From a virus (lineage: Duplodnaviria; Caudoviricetes): a stretch of 48,710 bases of DNA. Shown here one piece after another: positions 33,645 to 43,441 of the stretch. Every line of letters begins with the position of its first letter. Position 1 is the stretch's first letter. The DNA lies in the IMG/VR virus record IMGVR_UViG_3300027707_000028, positions 1 to 48,710 of that record; one strand, given 5' to 3'. The position numbers and the translations under genes are program-made. The notes beneath the pieces were generated by a model. It saw nothing but the letters and a program-made list of their open reading frames with translations, was not told the DNA's origin and made no database searches.

Positions 33645-35738
33645 ATGGCAAAGATACCAGTACTTGACGCAGTAAGAATCATACCTAGGGAAGCGGATTT
33701 TCTTGACAGAAGGTCCGGAAATCGCGGTGAAATTTTCATCGACGATGATATCGGTACCCTACGGTTGTATAATGGAGAAGTCGGCGGGATCAACCTTCTC
33801 AAAGACGATCTTTCTAATATTTCAGCGGCAGCCCTTAATAAAAACGTGAATTTTGGTACAGGTACTGTTACTGCCACTCAATTTATCGGAGCAGGAATTG
33901 GTGCTGTGTTGGGAGATACTCCCCCGACAGCTGCTGCCGGAACCCTTTGGTTTAACACCAGCACGGGTAAACTGTATATCTACTATAATGATGGCACTAG
34001 CCTGCAGTGGGTTCAGCCTATGACTCCCAGCGTTGGAGGCGGCAGTGGTAGCGGCGGCAGTGGTAGCGGCACAGTAAATTCCGGGGCAGCAGGCAAACTT
34101 GCCTACTATCCCAGTGCCGGAACAACTGTGGATGACTTATCTGCTGTTGGATGGGCTGGTAGCACACTCAGCGTCACTGGCAGCATTAATGTAAGTGCTC
34201 AAAAAAACTACGTGAGATTTCACTGGGACACCCTTACTGATCTCAACAGCGAAGCACCCGCGGCCACTTGGCACGGCATGGTGGCACACGTACACGCCAC
34301 AGGTAGACTATATGTAGCACATGCTTCTAATTGGTTGCCATTGGCACTATTATCGGACGTTGGAGTTACTGGTCTCCTAGCTGGTACCAACGTAACTGTA
34401 TCAAACACTGATGGAGTGTATACCATAAATGCTGTGGTTGGTGGCGGTGGCGGCGGCATCAGCTTAGAAGATGCTCAAGACGGGGCTGCTTCGTTATTTG
34501 CAACTGGCACACATACTGGTATTAGTTTTAGTTACAATGATGTAAGCAACACTATTTCTGCAACAGTTGGCGCAATTACTCTAGGAACAGGTACCTCAGG
34601 CAACTATGTTGCCAGCGTACAAAATGGCTCAGGTATCACAGGCGGCGCAGCTGGATCAGCAGGATCAGCTCTTACGCTAGCCGTTGATACCACTGTGGTC
34701 AGTACATTAACAGGTGCCCAGACGTTAACCAACAAGACCATAAGCGGTGCATCAAACACCATATCTAATATTGGCAATGCAGCATTAACCAACAGCAGTA
34801 TCACAATAAATGGTACTAGTGTCAGTCTTGGCGGCACAGTTACAATTTCCACTGCATCTAATTTAGATAGTCTAACCGATGTAACTATTACTACTCCAAG
34901 TCTTGGACAAGTTCTGAAATACAACGGTTCAATCTGGATCAATGATGCAGATGCCACAGCTGGCGGCGCTGGCGCTGGCACAGTTACTACTGTAAGTGTT
35001 GCTAGTGCAAACGGATTTACCGGCACAGTGGCCACTGCTAGTTCGACTCCAGCAATCACGATCACAACCAGTATTACTGGCCTATTAAAAGGCAACGGCA
35101 CTGCTGTATCAGCTGCAACGGCTGGAACTGACTATCAGTCAGCGCAGAGTGTTACTGGCATTGTAAAATCTTCAGGAACAACCCGTTCAGCCGCAGTAGC
35201 CGGCACTGATTATCAAGAACCTATCACATTGACCACTACTGGATCAAGTGGTGCAGCCACTTTTTCTAGCGGTACTTTAAATATACCACAATATTCGGGG
35301 GGCGGTGGCGCTACTGCACTATCAAGTGTAACTGAAGTTTACACCGCAGGTCTCACCGTGGACCAGTTCTATCTACCGGCAATCACGAGATTAAATGTCA
35401 CTGCCAACGGATCAGCGGCATATAGATTTGACCAATACGGTACCACAGATGATCCTACAATATACGCTATTAATGCTACCACCATAGCATTTAATTTAGC
35501 AGGAGCCGCCGGTCACCCTTTCTTGATACAAGACGGCGCTGGTGTAAATTATAACACTGGGTTGGTACATGTAGACTCTACTGGTACAGTTAGTACAGGA
35601 GCAAGCGCACAGGGCAAGTCGTCTGGTACCTTGTATTGGAAGATTCCGGATAGTATTAGTGGCGGTTACAGATATCAGTGTGCTTCTCATGGTCCTATGG
35701 TAGGAAGTATCTCAATTAAGAACTTTGCTTCGATATAA
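33645..35738 (+). CDS. Tail-fibre-like protein with C-terminal cupredoxin-like domain (697 aa)
   Basis: G/T/S-rich fibre modules (GTLWFNT..GKLYIYY.DG...W; QTLTNKTI; LDSLTDV...GQVLKYNG..W); C-terminal GHPF...YQCASHGPM. Confidence 0.78.
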   Translation: MAKIPVLDAVRIIPREADFLDRRSGNRGEIFIDDDIGTLRLYNGEVGGINLLKDDLSNISAAALNKNVNFGTGTVTATQFIGAGIGAVLGDTPPTAAAGTLWFNTSTGKLYIYYNDGTSLQWVQPMTPSVGGGSGSGGSGSGTVNSGAAGKLAYYPSAGTTVDDLSAVGWAGSTLSVTGSINVSAQKNYVRFHWDTLTDLNSEAPAATWHGMVAHVHATGRLYVAHASNWLPLALLSDVGVTGLLAGTNVTVSNTDGVYTINAVVGGGGGGISLEDAQDGAASLFATGTHTGISFSYNDVSNTISATVGAITLGTGTSGNYVASVQNGSGITGGAAGSAGSALTLAVDTTVVSTLTGAQTLTNKTISGASNTISNIGNAALTNSSITINGTSVSLGGTVTISTASNLDSLTDVTITTPSLGQVLKYNGSIWINDADATAGGAGAGTVTTVSVASANGFTGTVATASSTPAITITTSITGLLKGNGTAVSAATAGTDYQSAQSVTGIVKSSGTTRSAAVAGTDYQEPITLTTTGSSGAATFSSGTLNIPQYSGGGGATALSSVTEVYTAGLTVDQFYLPAITRLNVTANGSAAYRFDQYGTTDDPTIYAINATTIAFNLAGAAGHPFLIQDGAGVNYNTGLVHVDSTGTVSTGASAQGKSSGTLYWKIPDSISGGYRYQCASHGPMVGSISIKNFASI
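34038..34067 (+). repeat. 15-nt perfect tandem repeat encoding a Gly/Ser linker
   Basis: GGCGGCAGTGGTAGC x2. Confidence 0.85.
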
Positions 35739-35742
35739 CCGA

Positions 35743-35748
35743 TAAATA
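35743..35748 (+). promoter_or_regulatory. Late promoter core TAAATA
   Basis: CGATAAATACG in the intergenic gap; AGGA RBS before ATG 35767. Confidence 0.7.
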
Positions 35749-35766
35749 CGAATAACAGGATAACAT

Positions 35767-36264
35767 ATGGCCATCAATTTTCCAAGCAGTCCAGCAGTAA
35801 ATGACACCCTGGCTGTGGGAGCCGACACATGGAAGTGGAACGGAATAACATGGGAAGTACAACCAGTTGTATCTCCTAGTTTCAACGATATCACAGTTTC
35901 TGGCTCAGTTATTGGGTCAGTTACTGGCAATACTCAAGGTACACATACCGGTGCAGTTGTTGGAAATGCCACAACTGCAACAACGCTACAAACAGCAAGA
36001 TCGATAAATGGTGTGAGTTTCAATGGCAGCACAAATGTCACGGTAACAGCAGCAGCCGGAACATTAACTGGCGCCGCTATAAATTCATCAGTGACGTCCT
36101 CCAGTCTTACCAGTGTAGGCACACTAACTAGTCTAGCAGTAACCAATGATATTACAGCCAGTGCTAATGTTGTGATTAACCAGACTCCACAATTACCAAC
36201 ACATGCTACCAACAAACGTTACACAGATTCCAGAGCGATTGCTTTTTCAGTGGCACTGGGTTGA
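35767..36264 (+). CDS. Short fibre-like virion protein (165 aa)
   Basis: MAINFPSSP..ND...WKWNG..W; GNATTATTLQTARSINGVSFNGS; SSLTSVGTLTSL; HATNKRYTD; ends AFSVALG. Confidence 0.8.
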   Translation: MAINFPSSPAVNDTLAVGADTWKWNGITWEVQPVVSPSFNDITVSGSVIGSVTGNTQGTHTGAVVGNATTATTLQTARSINGVSFNGSTNVTVTAAAGTLTGAAINSSVTSSSLTSVGTLTSLAVTNDITASANVVINQTPQLPTHATNKRYTDSRAIAFSVALG

Positions 36265-36281
36265 AACAAGGACAAAAATAA

Positions 36282-39200
36282 ATGGCAAAGAAACAGTTAA
36301 GCAATTATAAATTTTTTCCTGGAGTGGTGCCCCCGGCCTACGGCCAGTATCCAAACGCAGTGGCGTTGATCACTGCCAACAAGAATTTTGTAATAGAAGA
36401 AGCTAATCAATATATCAAAAATCAAATAGCTGCCAACGTTGCTAATTCCGGCAGTTTTTGGTATGGTTATGTTTACGATGCCACAAGAGAATTGAAATGT
36501 AAAAGAGACATAGAATATGTATTAGATGGATATATCTACGATCTTACCTATGGCGGAAATTCTTTAACCTATGCCAACGCTTCACGATACTATATCAATG
36601 GCGTCTTGCAGGTAGTATCAGGAGCAGTCGAAGTTGATGTACAAACTGAAATCAGGACACAAATTAGTGATCTAATCCTAACCAACGAAATTGATTCATC
36701 TGTGTTAAATCTTGTAGGCGAGACTCAGATTCTACTGCCCGCTGCAGAAGCCAGTGCATATTCTGAATTCCTTGCCTTGGCCAACATCATCATTGACGTT
36801 ATTGACACGGGTCTCAGCACATTACCTGCTCCAGTGGCACCTGATAGTCAAGGCGGCGGCCTACTACCCAATGCTGTTTATCTACTTGAAGCCAACAAGC
36901 GATTCGTACAAGAAGAAACTATTGCTTACATACAATACAATGTTGATAACAATATTTCACCTTATGCGAATTATACATACAATGCAGAAAAATGCAGACG
37001 AGATGTTAGTTACATTTTAGAAGGTTATCTCAGCGACTTGAAGAAAGGCGGTAACAGACAGACTTATTTCAACGCAGAAAAATATTGGGAAAACGGGGTT
37101 GCACAGGTAGATGGAGATCGCCAGCCTGAAATATATGCACATACCTTTATTAGGGATCTCATAGACAACTTTATTTGGACAAATGTAGCATTTACCCCTA
37201 GACAGATCTTAGTTAGTCAAGTTCGTGATCTGTCCTACACAGCAGAGCAACCATCACAGACTAGGTTAAAAGAACTCAGCAACATTGTCTTGGATGTGAT
37301 TGAATTTGGAATATCAAGATTGCCAACTAAGATCAGCAATCGTGGTTACGTCAAAGTACCTGGCTTTTACAAACTCAAAGATCTACTATTGATCACCAAC
37401 AGTTCACGCAACATCATCATGTATAATTTTGCTGATGATAGTTTGGCTGCGGAAATTACCTATTCAGAAAATTATGATGACAGTTTTCCAGGAGCATTAT
37501 ACGGTGTAGATAAAATCACCAGCATAACTCTTGACATAGATACCAGTGCCATGATGGTCACTGACAACATACAGATTTTTGTTGAAGCCAAGGAACAGGC
37601 AGTGCGTATGAACTCCATAGCCACTGATGCCATGGAAAGACACAAAGTAGGTATTCCGCAAAGCATGTTAGATGCTGACTTTGAATATGGACTTCAACCT
37701 ACCAAGTGGCAGGCCATTGCATTGATGCGTAACTATCCCAGCATCTATGAAATACCAGGCAGTGACATTCCTGTGACCAATGTGACCACAGATGCCAGCT
37801 CAGGTACCGGCGGAGTAGGTGCCAGTCTTATCACCGTAACTACCACAGCTGCTCACGGATTGGCTGCCTATGATCCCATAACCATCAAGGCTCTAAGTAA
37901 CAGTGTGCAGGGGTTTAGTCGATCTGAAGGAAGTTTTTTGGTTGCTGTGGTAGGATCAGCAACGCAGATATCTTATTACGCCAAGGCCAAAGTAGGAACC
38001 ACCAACGGTGAAGTATTGGCCAGCACATATACACAGTTGAGAAAAGGTGGCTTTTATACTGGATCTGCTGTGGGATCTCCTAGTTTCACGGTTGTGGCGG
38101 GAGGTAGTTCCGGCACCATAACCACCAGTTTGATCACACCCGCCGGTAGTACAACAATCGGATTTAGTGCAGGCGGTCCACAGATAGGAGCACCCGTTAG
38201 CGGCACCGGAGTTAACATTGGCTCACAGATCACAGCAGTCACCGGCTCTGGCGGTACAGCAGCATCGACCACTCTCAGCGCCAACGCTGATATCAGCGAC
38301 ACTACCATAGAGGTTACCAGTACCACAGGTATTGGTCCTGGACTGGTGTTTGATCGTGGCAACGGACAGGCATTAGTTGTAACCGATGTCACAGGTAACA
38401 CAGTTACCCTTAGTGGGGCATTGACTTCAGCAATCATAGGCACAACCAAAACCTACACTGCACTCACACAAAGCGCCACTTCCGGATCAGGCTCTGGAGC
38501 ACAATTCAGTATATCAAGAAGTCCTGGTTACGGTGTCACTGTGACCACTCCGGGTTCTGGCTACGCAGACAATGATACCGTGACCATTCCGGGCGCCAGT
38601 CTAAATGGCGCTACTCCTGCGAACAATGCCACTGTTACTGTGACGTCAGCCTCTCCTCTAAATGTAGCTGCTACTCTCGGTGCAATTACCTTAGGGGGCA
38701 CAGGGTATTTGACTGCTGCTGGAGTCACCACAACCAGTGGCGGTTCAGGCACAGGCCTTACAGTAAACATTACTGCGTCAGCTGGAGTCGTCACAGCTGT
38801 TACAATCAGTGCAGGCGGAACTGGCTACGCAGCCAACGAAGTCATCACTGAAGCCACCACCGGCCGTGTTAGCACTGCTGGTACAATAGTAGCAGGTACA
38901 GGGTATACCACTGCCAGCGGATTGTCAACCACAGGAGGAGCTGGCACGGGGATTACAGTTAACATCGTCGACGACGGCTCAGGCGGCATCTCTTCAGTCA
39001 CAGTCAACAGTACAGGATCTGGATATGTTGTTGGTAATACACTAACAGTGGTGCAAAGCGGTGGTGCCGCCGGCACATTTGACGTAGCTACCCTACATGA
39101 TCAGGCACAATTCACTGTGGCCACAGTGACCGCCGGCGGTGTAATTCAATCTGCCACTGTGGCAGGCACAGCAGTCACAGCTCCTACGAAAAACTTTATC

Positions 39201-42200
39201 AGTGCGTTTACCATCACTGAAGCAACTACTGCTCAAATAGCCAGCGGCAACACTGGTCTTACATTCTCAGCTATTTCTACCATACAAGCCACATTTGCCA
39301 CAGCCCACGGATTTGTACCAGGTAATACTATCACGGTACAGATCACAAGCTCAGGTGCCAATGCTCAATTAGCAGCTGGTGCTTACTTTGTAGAAAGTGT
39401 GCCTTCTTCAACCACGTTACGTTACACAGCTAGAGCTGCTGGTACCATAGACAATACCTTGGTTGGGCAGGTATATGGTAGACCAGATTCGTTCTTTGTA
39501 CACAGACCCTACGACGGCGGAGTGCAATTAGGCACAGCTGGACCAGCACACGGTGCTACTGCTATACGTATGAGTAAAAAATACATACGTTATCAATCAG
39601 GCAAGGGTGTTATGTATAACACTGGTGCGCTGTTTGCGCCTAGTTACGATCTACGTTCAGTCGCTGCCACCGGCACAGCAATAGGCAGCATCATTACTAT
39701 AATTTGTGATGACACAGACCACGGATGCCAAGTTGGTGGAGTTATCACAATCACAGGTGTTACTACTTCTGGATATAATGGCACTTATACAGTTGCTACT
39801 ATAACCAATGAAAGACAATTGAGTTTTGTAGCCACACAGATCTTAGGTAGTGCAACACCGGTGTTGGGCAGTCCTTGCTTGATGAGTGTGAAGAATTGGC
39901 ATGGTGCTACTATTCGAGCAGGTATATTTGATGATCAGAACGGCATGTTTTTCCAGTATGATGGTATAAGAATGGCTGTGTGCAGAAGAAGCAGCACATT
40001 TCAAATTGCAGGAACTATCAGCATCAATGCAAATGCCAACACAATAACAGGTACCAACACTCGATTCACAGAACAATTATCATCAGGCGACAGGATTGTC
40101 ATCCGTGGTATGACTCATGTGGTTTCCAATGTGGATTCAAACACATCAATGACAGTGACTCCAGATTTCCGCGGTGTTAGCAATGTCAACAGTGTAAAGA
40201 TCACCAAAGTTGTGGATACTTTGGTGCCTCAAAGCGATTGGAATCTAGATACCATGAATGGATCTGGGCCCAGCGGATATAACATAGACGTGACCAAGAT
40301 GCAGATGATCAGTATACAGCACACATGGTATGGTGCTGGATTCATTGATTTTATGATGCGAGGCCCAGACGGCAACTATGTATTTGTGCATAGATTCCGC
40401 AACAGCAACGTGAACTTTGAAGCTTATATGCGCACAGGTAATCAACCGGTGAGATATGAAGTGATCAACGAAGGCTTCAAAGGCAGATTGTCAGCAGCGA
40501 TGACCAACAGCCAGACCACAATACCCATGAGCGCAGACGACTTGTTTTGGTTTCCAAATTCAGGAACTGTGTATATAGACAATGAGTTGATCAGCTTTAC
40601 TGGTAACAGTGGCTCAGCGTTGACTGGCTGCACCAGAGCCGCTACTCTGAATCAATTCGTAGCAGGGTCGTCGAGAACTTTCAGCGCAGGCACAGCTGCC
40701 AGTCATGTCATACGCAGTGGAGTGGTATTGGTCTCCAACACAGTGACTCCGATCATCAGCCATTGGGGTTCAGCATTTATGATAGACGGACAGTTTGATT
40801 CAGATCGTGGATATATCTTTAACTATGCTGCTACTGGTCTATCAGCATCGGTTGACAAAGTCACTGCTTTCTTGATTAGACTGGCACCTAGCGTGAGCAA
40901 TGCGCTGATTGGTGATCTCGGCGAAAGAGAATTGTTGAATCGTGCGCAGTTGTTGTTGTCAAGTCTTTCTATCACCAGTGATACCGTTGCAGGTGGAGGA
41001 GCTATTGTTGTTGAAGGAGTTTTAAATCCAATCAATTATCCCACAAACCCAGCTAACATAACCTGGGGAAGTTTGATCACACAGGCAGCTGGTGGCCAGC
41101 CCAGTTTTGCACAGGTAGCAAGTGGTGGTTCTGTGACATGGAGCGGAAACGTTTCTACTACTACTTCGACTGTACAGGGAGCATTTAGTACCACACTCAC
41201 CGCTACAGGACAGGCAGCAGTTACGAACACGCTTACAGCAACAGCATTCAACGCTATCACACAGAATATCACAGCCGCAAGTTTTGGTCAGACCGTCTCA
41301 GCCCAGGGATTCAACGCAGGTCAGCCTTATGGTGGTAATACCTATGTCAGCGCAACCAGCACCTCCCGTAGCGATTTGTTGATTACAAACACACAATACG
41401 ATGGATTGGTAAATCCTATAACTGCGGGAGATTTGATTTCTGGTACTGGGGTAAACAGCACAGTGGCATCGGTGACCAGAGCCTATTTGGGTGGTATATA
41501 CACAAGAATCGTTATTAACAATTTACCAACAGTGACCAGTACAGCAGGCAATGGACAGAACGTTACATTGACAATTAATCCTGCATTATATAACAGATCG
41601 ATCTCAACTACTCGATCAGATTTCTTGATCACACAAGCGTCATATGCAGCTTTAACATCCTCACTGATTGTAGGCGATCCACTCACTGCCGCAGGCACCA
41701 TAGCTGGTGGTACTACTATTTCATCAATCACTCCAAGCTATATAACCATAGCAGGCACTGTGTATGCTAGAATTGTCATGAGTGCAGTTGGAAGTAGTAA
41801 CAGCACACTGCCTACCAGCAATGGCGCTAGCACCATAACCGTCACAGTGACCAGTGGCCAGGCCTCAAGATTTAACACAGCGTTGTCCACAAGTAGAAAT
41901 GACTTTCTTGTAACGCAGACACAGTATGCTGCTTCAACCATTGCTGTTTCAGATGTTTTATCTGTTGCAACGTTCCTCACAGGCGGACAAACTATTTCAA
42001 GTATAACACCAAGCTATGTCACATTGAGTGGAACAGTGTATGCAAGAATAATCATGAGCGGAAATGCCACGGCAACCAGCACCGCTGGCTCTGGCAACAC
42101 TGCGTCAGTGACCAGCACCAGTGCGATCACAGCTGCCTATGGATCAGCTATATCTGCTTCAAGAAGTGATTTTTTAATTGCCGACAGTACTGCTACAGTA

Positions 42201-43124
42201 TCTGGAATAGCTGTCAACGATGTGTTGAGTATTGCGGGCACAGGTACTACATTGGCAGCTGTGGTGATAACAGGTGTTGCCGGACAGTTTAGCTGTACAG
42301 CTACCACGCTGTTTACCGGAGAAAAAATAACCATCACTGGCACATATGGCGGCGGAGGCAGCATCAGTGGTTACACAACTGGCACTCAGTATTTTATTGT
42401 GGCCACCAACGGCTCTACTACGTTTACTCTAAGTACCACCTTTGGAGGAGCTGGAGTAACAACCACCACCGGTACACCAACAGGATTGACTTATACTCTG
42501 CAGACATTTATCAGTGGCAGCCAAATCATCACCAGTATCACCCCTAGCTATGTTACTATCAGTGCAACTCCCTATACCAGGATTACAATGAGTGGCGCTG
42601 CCAATCTTACATCTACAGCAGGCTCCGGTAACAATGTGGTTGTCACCATCACAGCTGCATTATCTGCTGCATCATATGTGAACAAAAACTATTTGTTCTT
42701 TACATCTACTTCTTGGTTGGCCAGCAATGCCGGAGTCAGCACCAAATTGGCTACTAGTAACACACAGTTTGCTGCTGGAACCAGCATAACGGCGGTGGAG
42801 TCAAGAACCTACGGAGCCACTACTGTTTACAGAGTGGTGTTTAGCCAAGCATCTAACACCACTATTTCGGCTGCTGCTAATATCACATGGCAATTTGGTG
42901 CGCTGTATGCACTGCCAGGTGAACAGGTATTCTCCTTTATTGCCAATCCCGGCAACACTGAACGATTGGATCTAGATGCGTTGAAAGAATTAACAAGCAC
43001 TGCCATTGGCGGCCGTGGTACATTCCCCAACGGTCCAGACGTGTTGGCTATCAACGTGTACAAGGTTGCAGGCTCAGCTACACCTGTAAACGTTATTCTA
43101 CGTTGGGGTGAAGCACAGGCTTAA
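36282..43124 (+). CDS. Giant virion structural protein (2280 aa) with two N-terminal phycobiliprotein-like units
   Basis: Uninterrupted ORF, very T/S/G-rich; SMLDADFEYGLQPTKW; repeated G.GY...D/E..T modules; KCKRD and KCRRD helical units. Confidence 0.85.
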   Translation: MAKKQLSNYKFFPGVVPPAYGQYPNAVALITANKNFVIEEANQYIKNQIAANVANSGSFWYGYVYDATRELKCKRDIEYVLDGYIYDLTYGGNSLTYANASRYYINGVLQVVSGAVEVDVQTEIRTQISDLILTNEIDSSVLNLVGETQILLPAAEASAYSEFLALANIIIDVIDTGLSTLPAPVAPDSQGGGLLPNAVYLLEANKRFVQEETIAYIQYNVDNNISPYANYTYNAEKCRRDVSYILEGYLSDLKKGGNRQTYFNAEKYWENGVAQVDGDRQPEIYAHTFIRDLIDNFIWTNVAFTPRQILVSQVRDLSYTAEQPSQTRLKELSNIVLDVIEFGISRLPTKISNRGYVKVPGFYKLKDLLLITNSSRNIIMYNFADDSLAAEITYSENYDDSFPGALYGVDKITSITLDIDTSAMMVTDNIQIFVEAKEQAVRMNSIATDAMERHKVGIPQSMLDADFEYGLQPTKWQAIALMRNYPSIYEIPGSDIPVTNVTTDASSGTGGVGASLITVTTTAAHGLAAYDPITIKALSNSVQGFSRSEGSFLVAVVGSATQISYYAKAKVGTTNGEVLASTYTQLRKGGFYTGSAVGSPSFTVVAGGSSGTITTSLITPAGSTTIGFSAGGPQIGAPVSGTGVNIGSQITAVTGSGGTAASTTLSANADISDTTIEVTSTTGIGPGLVFDRGNGQALVVTDVTGNTVTLSGALTSAIIGTTKTYTALTQSATSGSGSGAQFSISRSPGYGVTVTTPGSGYADNDTVTIPGASLNGATPANNATVTVTSASPLNVAATLGAITLGGTGYLTAAGVTTTSGGSGTGLTVNITASAGVVTAVTISAGGTGYAANEVITEATTGRVSTAGTIVAGTGYTTASGLSTTGGAGTGITVNIVDDGSGGISSVTVNSTGSGYVVGNTLTVVQSGGAAGTFDVATLHDQAQFTVATVTAGGVIQSATVAGTAVTAPTKNFISAFTITEATTAQIASGNTGLTFSAISTIQATFATAHGFVPGNTITVQITSSGANAQLAAGAYFVESVPSSTTLRYTARAAGTIDNTLVGQVYGRPDSFFVHRPYDGGVQLGTAGPAHGATAIRMSKKYIRYQSGKGVMYNTGALFAPSYDLRSVAATGTAIGSIITIICDDTDHGCQVGGVITITGVTTSGYNGTYTVATITNERQLSFVATQILGSATPVLGSPCLMSVKNWHGATIRAGIFDDQNGMFFQYDGIRMAVCRRSSTFQIAGTISINANANTITGTNTRFTEQLSSGDRIVIRGMTHVVSNVDSNTSMTVTPDFRGVSNVNSVKITKVVDTLVPQSDWNLDTMNGSGPSGYNIDVTKMQMISIQHTWYGAGFIDFMMRGPDGNYVFVHRFRNSNVNFEAYMRTGNQPVRYEVINEGFKGRLSAAMTNSQTTIPMSADDLFWFPNSGTVYIDNELISFTGNSGSALTGCTRAATLNQFVAGSSRTFSAGTAASHVIRSGVVLVSNTVTPIISHWGSAFMIDGQFDSDRGYIFNYAATGLSASVDKVTAFLIRLAPSVSNALIGDLGERELLNRAQLLLSSLSITSDTVAGGGAIVVEGVLNPINYPTNPANITWGSLITQAAGGQPSFAQVASGGSVTWSGNVSTTTSTVQGAFSTTLTATGQAAVTNTLTATAFNAITQNITAASFGQTVSAQGFNAGQPYGGNTYVSATSTSRSDLLITNTQYDGLVNPITAGDLISGTGVNSTVASVTRAYLGGIYTRIVINNLPTVTSTAGNGQNVTLTINPALYNRSISTTRSDFLITQASYAALTSSLIVGDPLTAAGTIAGGTTISSITPSYITIAGTVYARIVMSAVGSSNSTLPTSNGASTITVTVTSGQASRFNTALSTSRNDFLVTQTQYAASTIAVSDVLSVATFLTGGQTISSITPSYVTLSGTVYARIIMSGNATATSTAGSGNTASVTSTSAITAAYGSAISASRSDFLIADSTATVSGIAVNDVLSIAGTGTTLAAVVITGVAGQFSCTATTLFTGEKITITGTYGGGGSISGYTTGTQYFIVATNGSTTFTLSTTFGGAGVTTTTGTPTGLTYTLQTFISGSQIITSITPSYVTISATPYTRITMSGAANLTSTAGSGNNVVVTITAALSAASYVNKNYLFFTSTSWLASNAGVSTKLATSNTQFAAGTSITAVESRTYGATTVYRVVFSQASNTTISAAANITWQFGALYALPGEQVFSFIANPGNTERLDLDALKELTSTAIGGRGTFPNGPDVLAINVYKVAGSATPVNVILRWGEAQA

Positions 43125-43162
43125 TGATATCAGGACAGTGCAATTAAAAACGTTGAAAGTAT

Positions 43163-43441
43163 TTAATTGCGTTTTGCTTGTGACCAGTCTTTGATTCTGG
43201 TCTCTAATTTTTTTCTTATAGCTGTGATGTCCTGTTTCATTTCGCCGCCCATGGTAGGCAGTTGTCGACTATAGACCATCTCCATGTGCATGCTGTCTAA
43301 TTTTTTTATTTCTGCAATCAGTTTATTCAACAGTTGTTGGGATTCATGTTTGGCTGCACCGTCGGGCATGCTATCAATGGCTGTACAATATTTTTCACAG
43401 TCCTCTTGAAATCTACTAGACTTTTGCAATAGATTTGACAT
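43163..43441 (-). CDS. Hypothetical helical protein (92 aa)
   Basis: GGAG RBS on the minus strand; overlaps the upstream gene by 26 nt. Confidence 0.7.
   Translation of the reverse strand: MSNLLQKSSRFQEDCEKYCTAIDSMPDGAAKHESQQLLNKLIAEIKKLDSMHMEMVYSRQLPTMGGEMKQDITAIRKKLETRIKDWSQAKRN

Noticed and set aside
1493-43063. Many 60-236 aa minus-strand and alternate-frame ORFs inside the large plus-strand genes (e.g. 11373..12083, 34604..35101, 38054..38449)
   Set aside because: They are shadow ORFs of Thr/Gly/Ala-rich codons, fully nested in well-supported genes, with no RBS, promoter or recognisable motif.
43160-43165. Minus-strand TAAATA that would drive antisense RNA into the 2280 aa gene
   Set aside because: It coincides with a TAA stop in AT-rich DNA and has no downstream ORF; similar hexamers occur by chance inside genes (e.g. 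near 4833, 5417, 21005, 33507).
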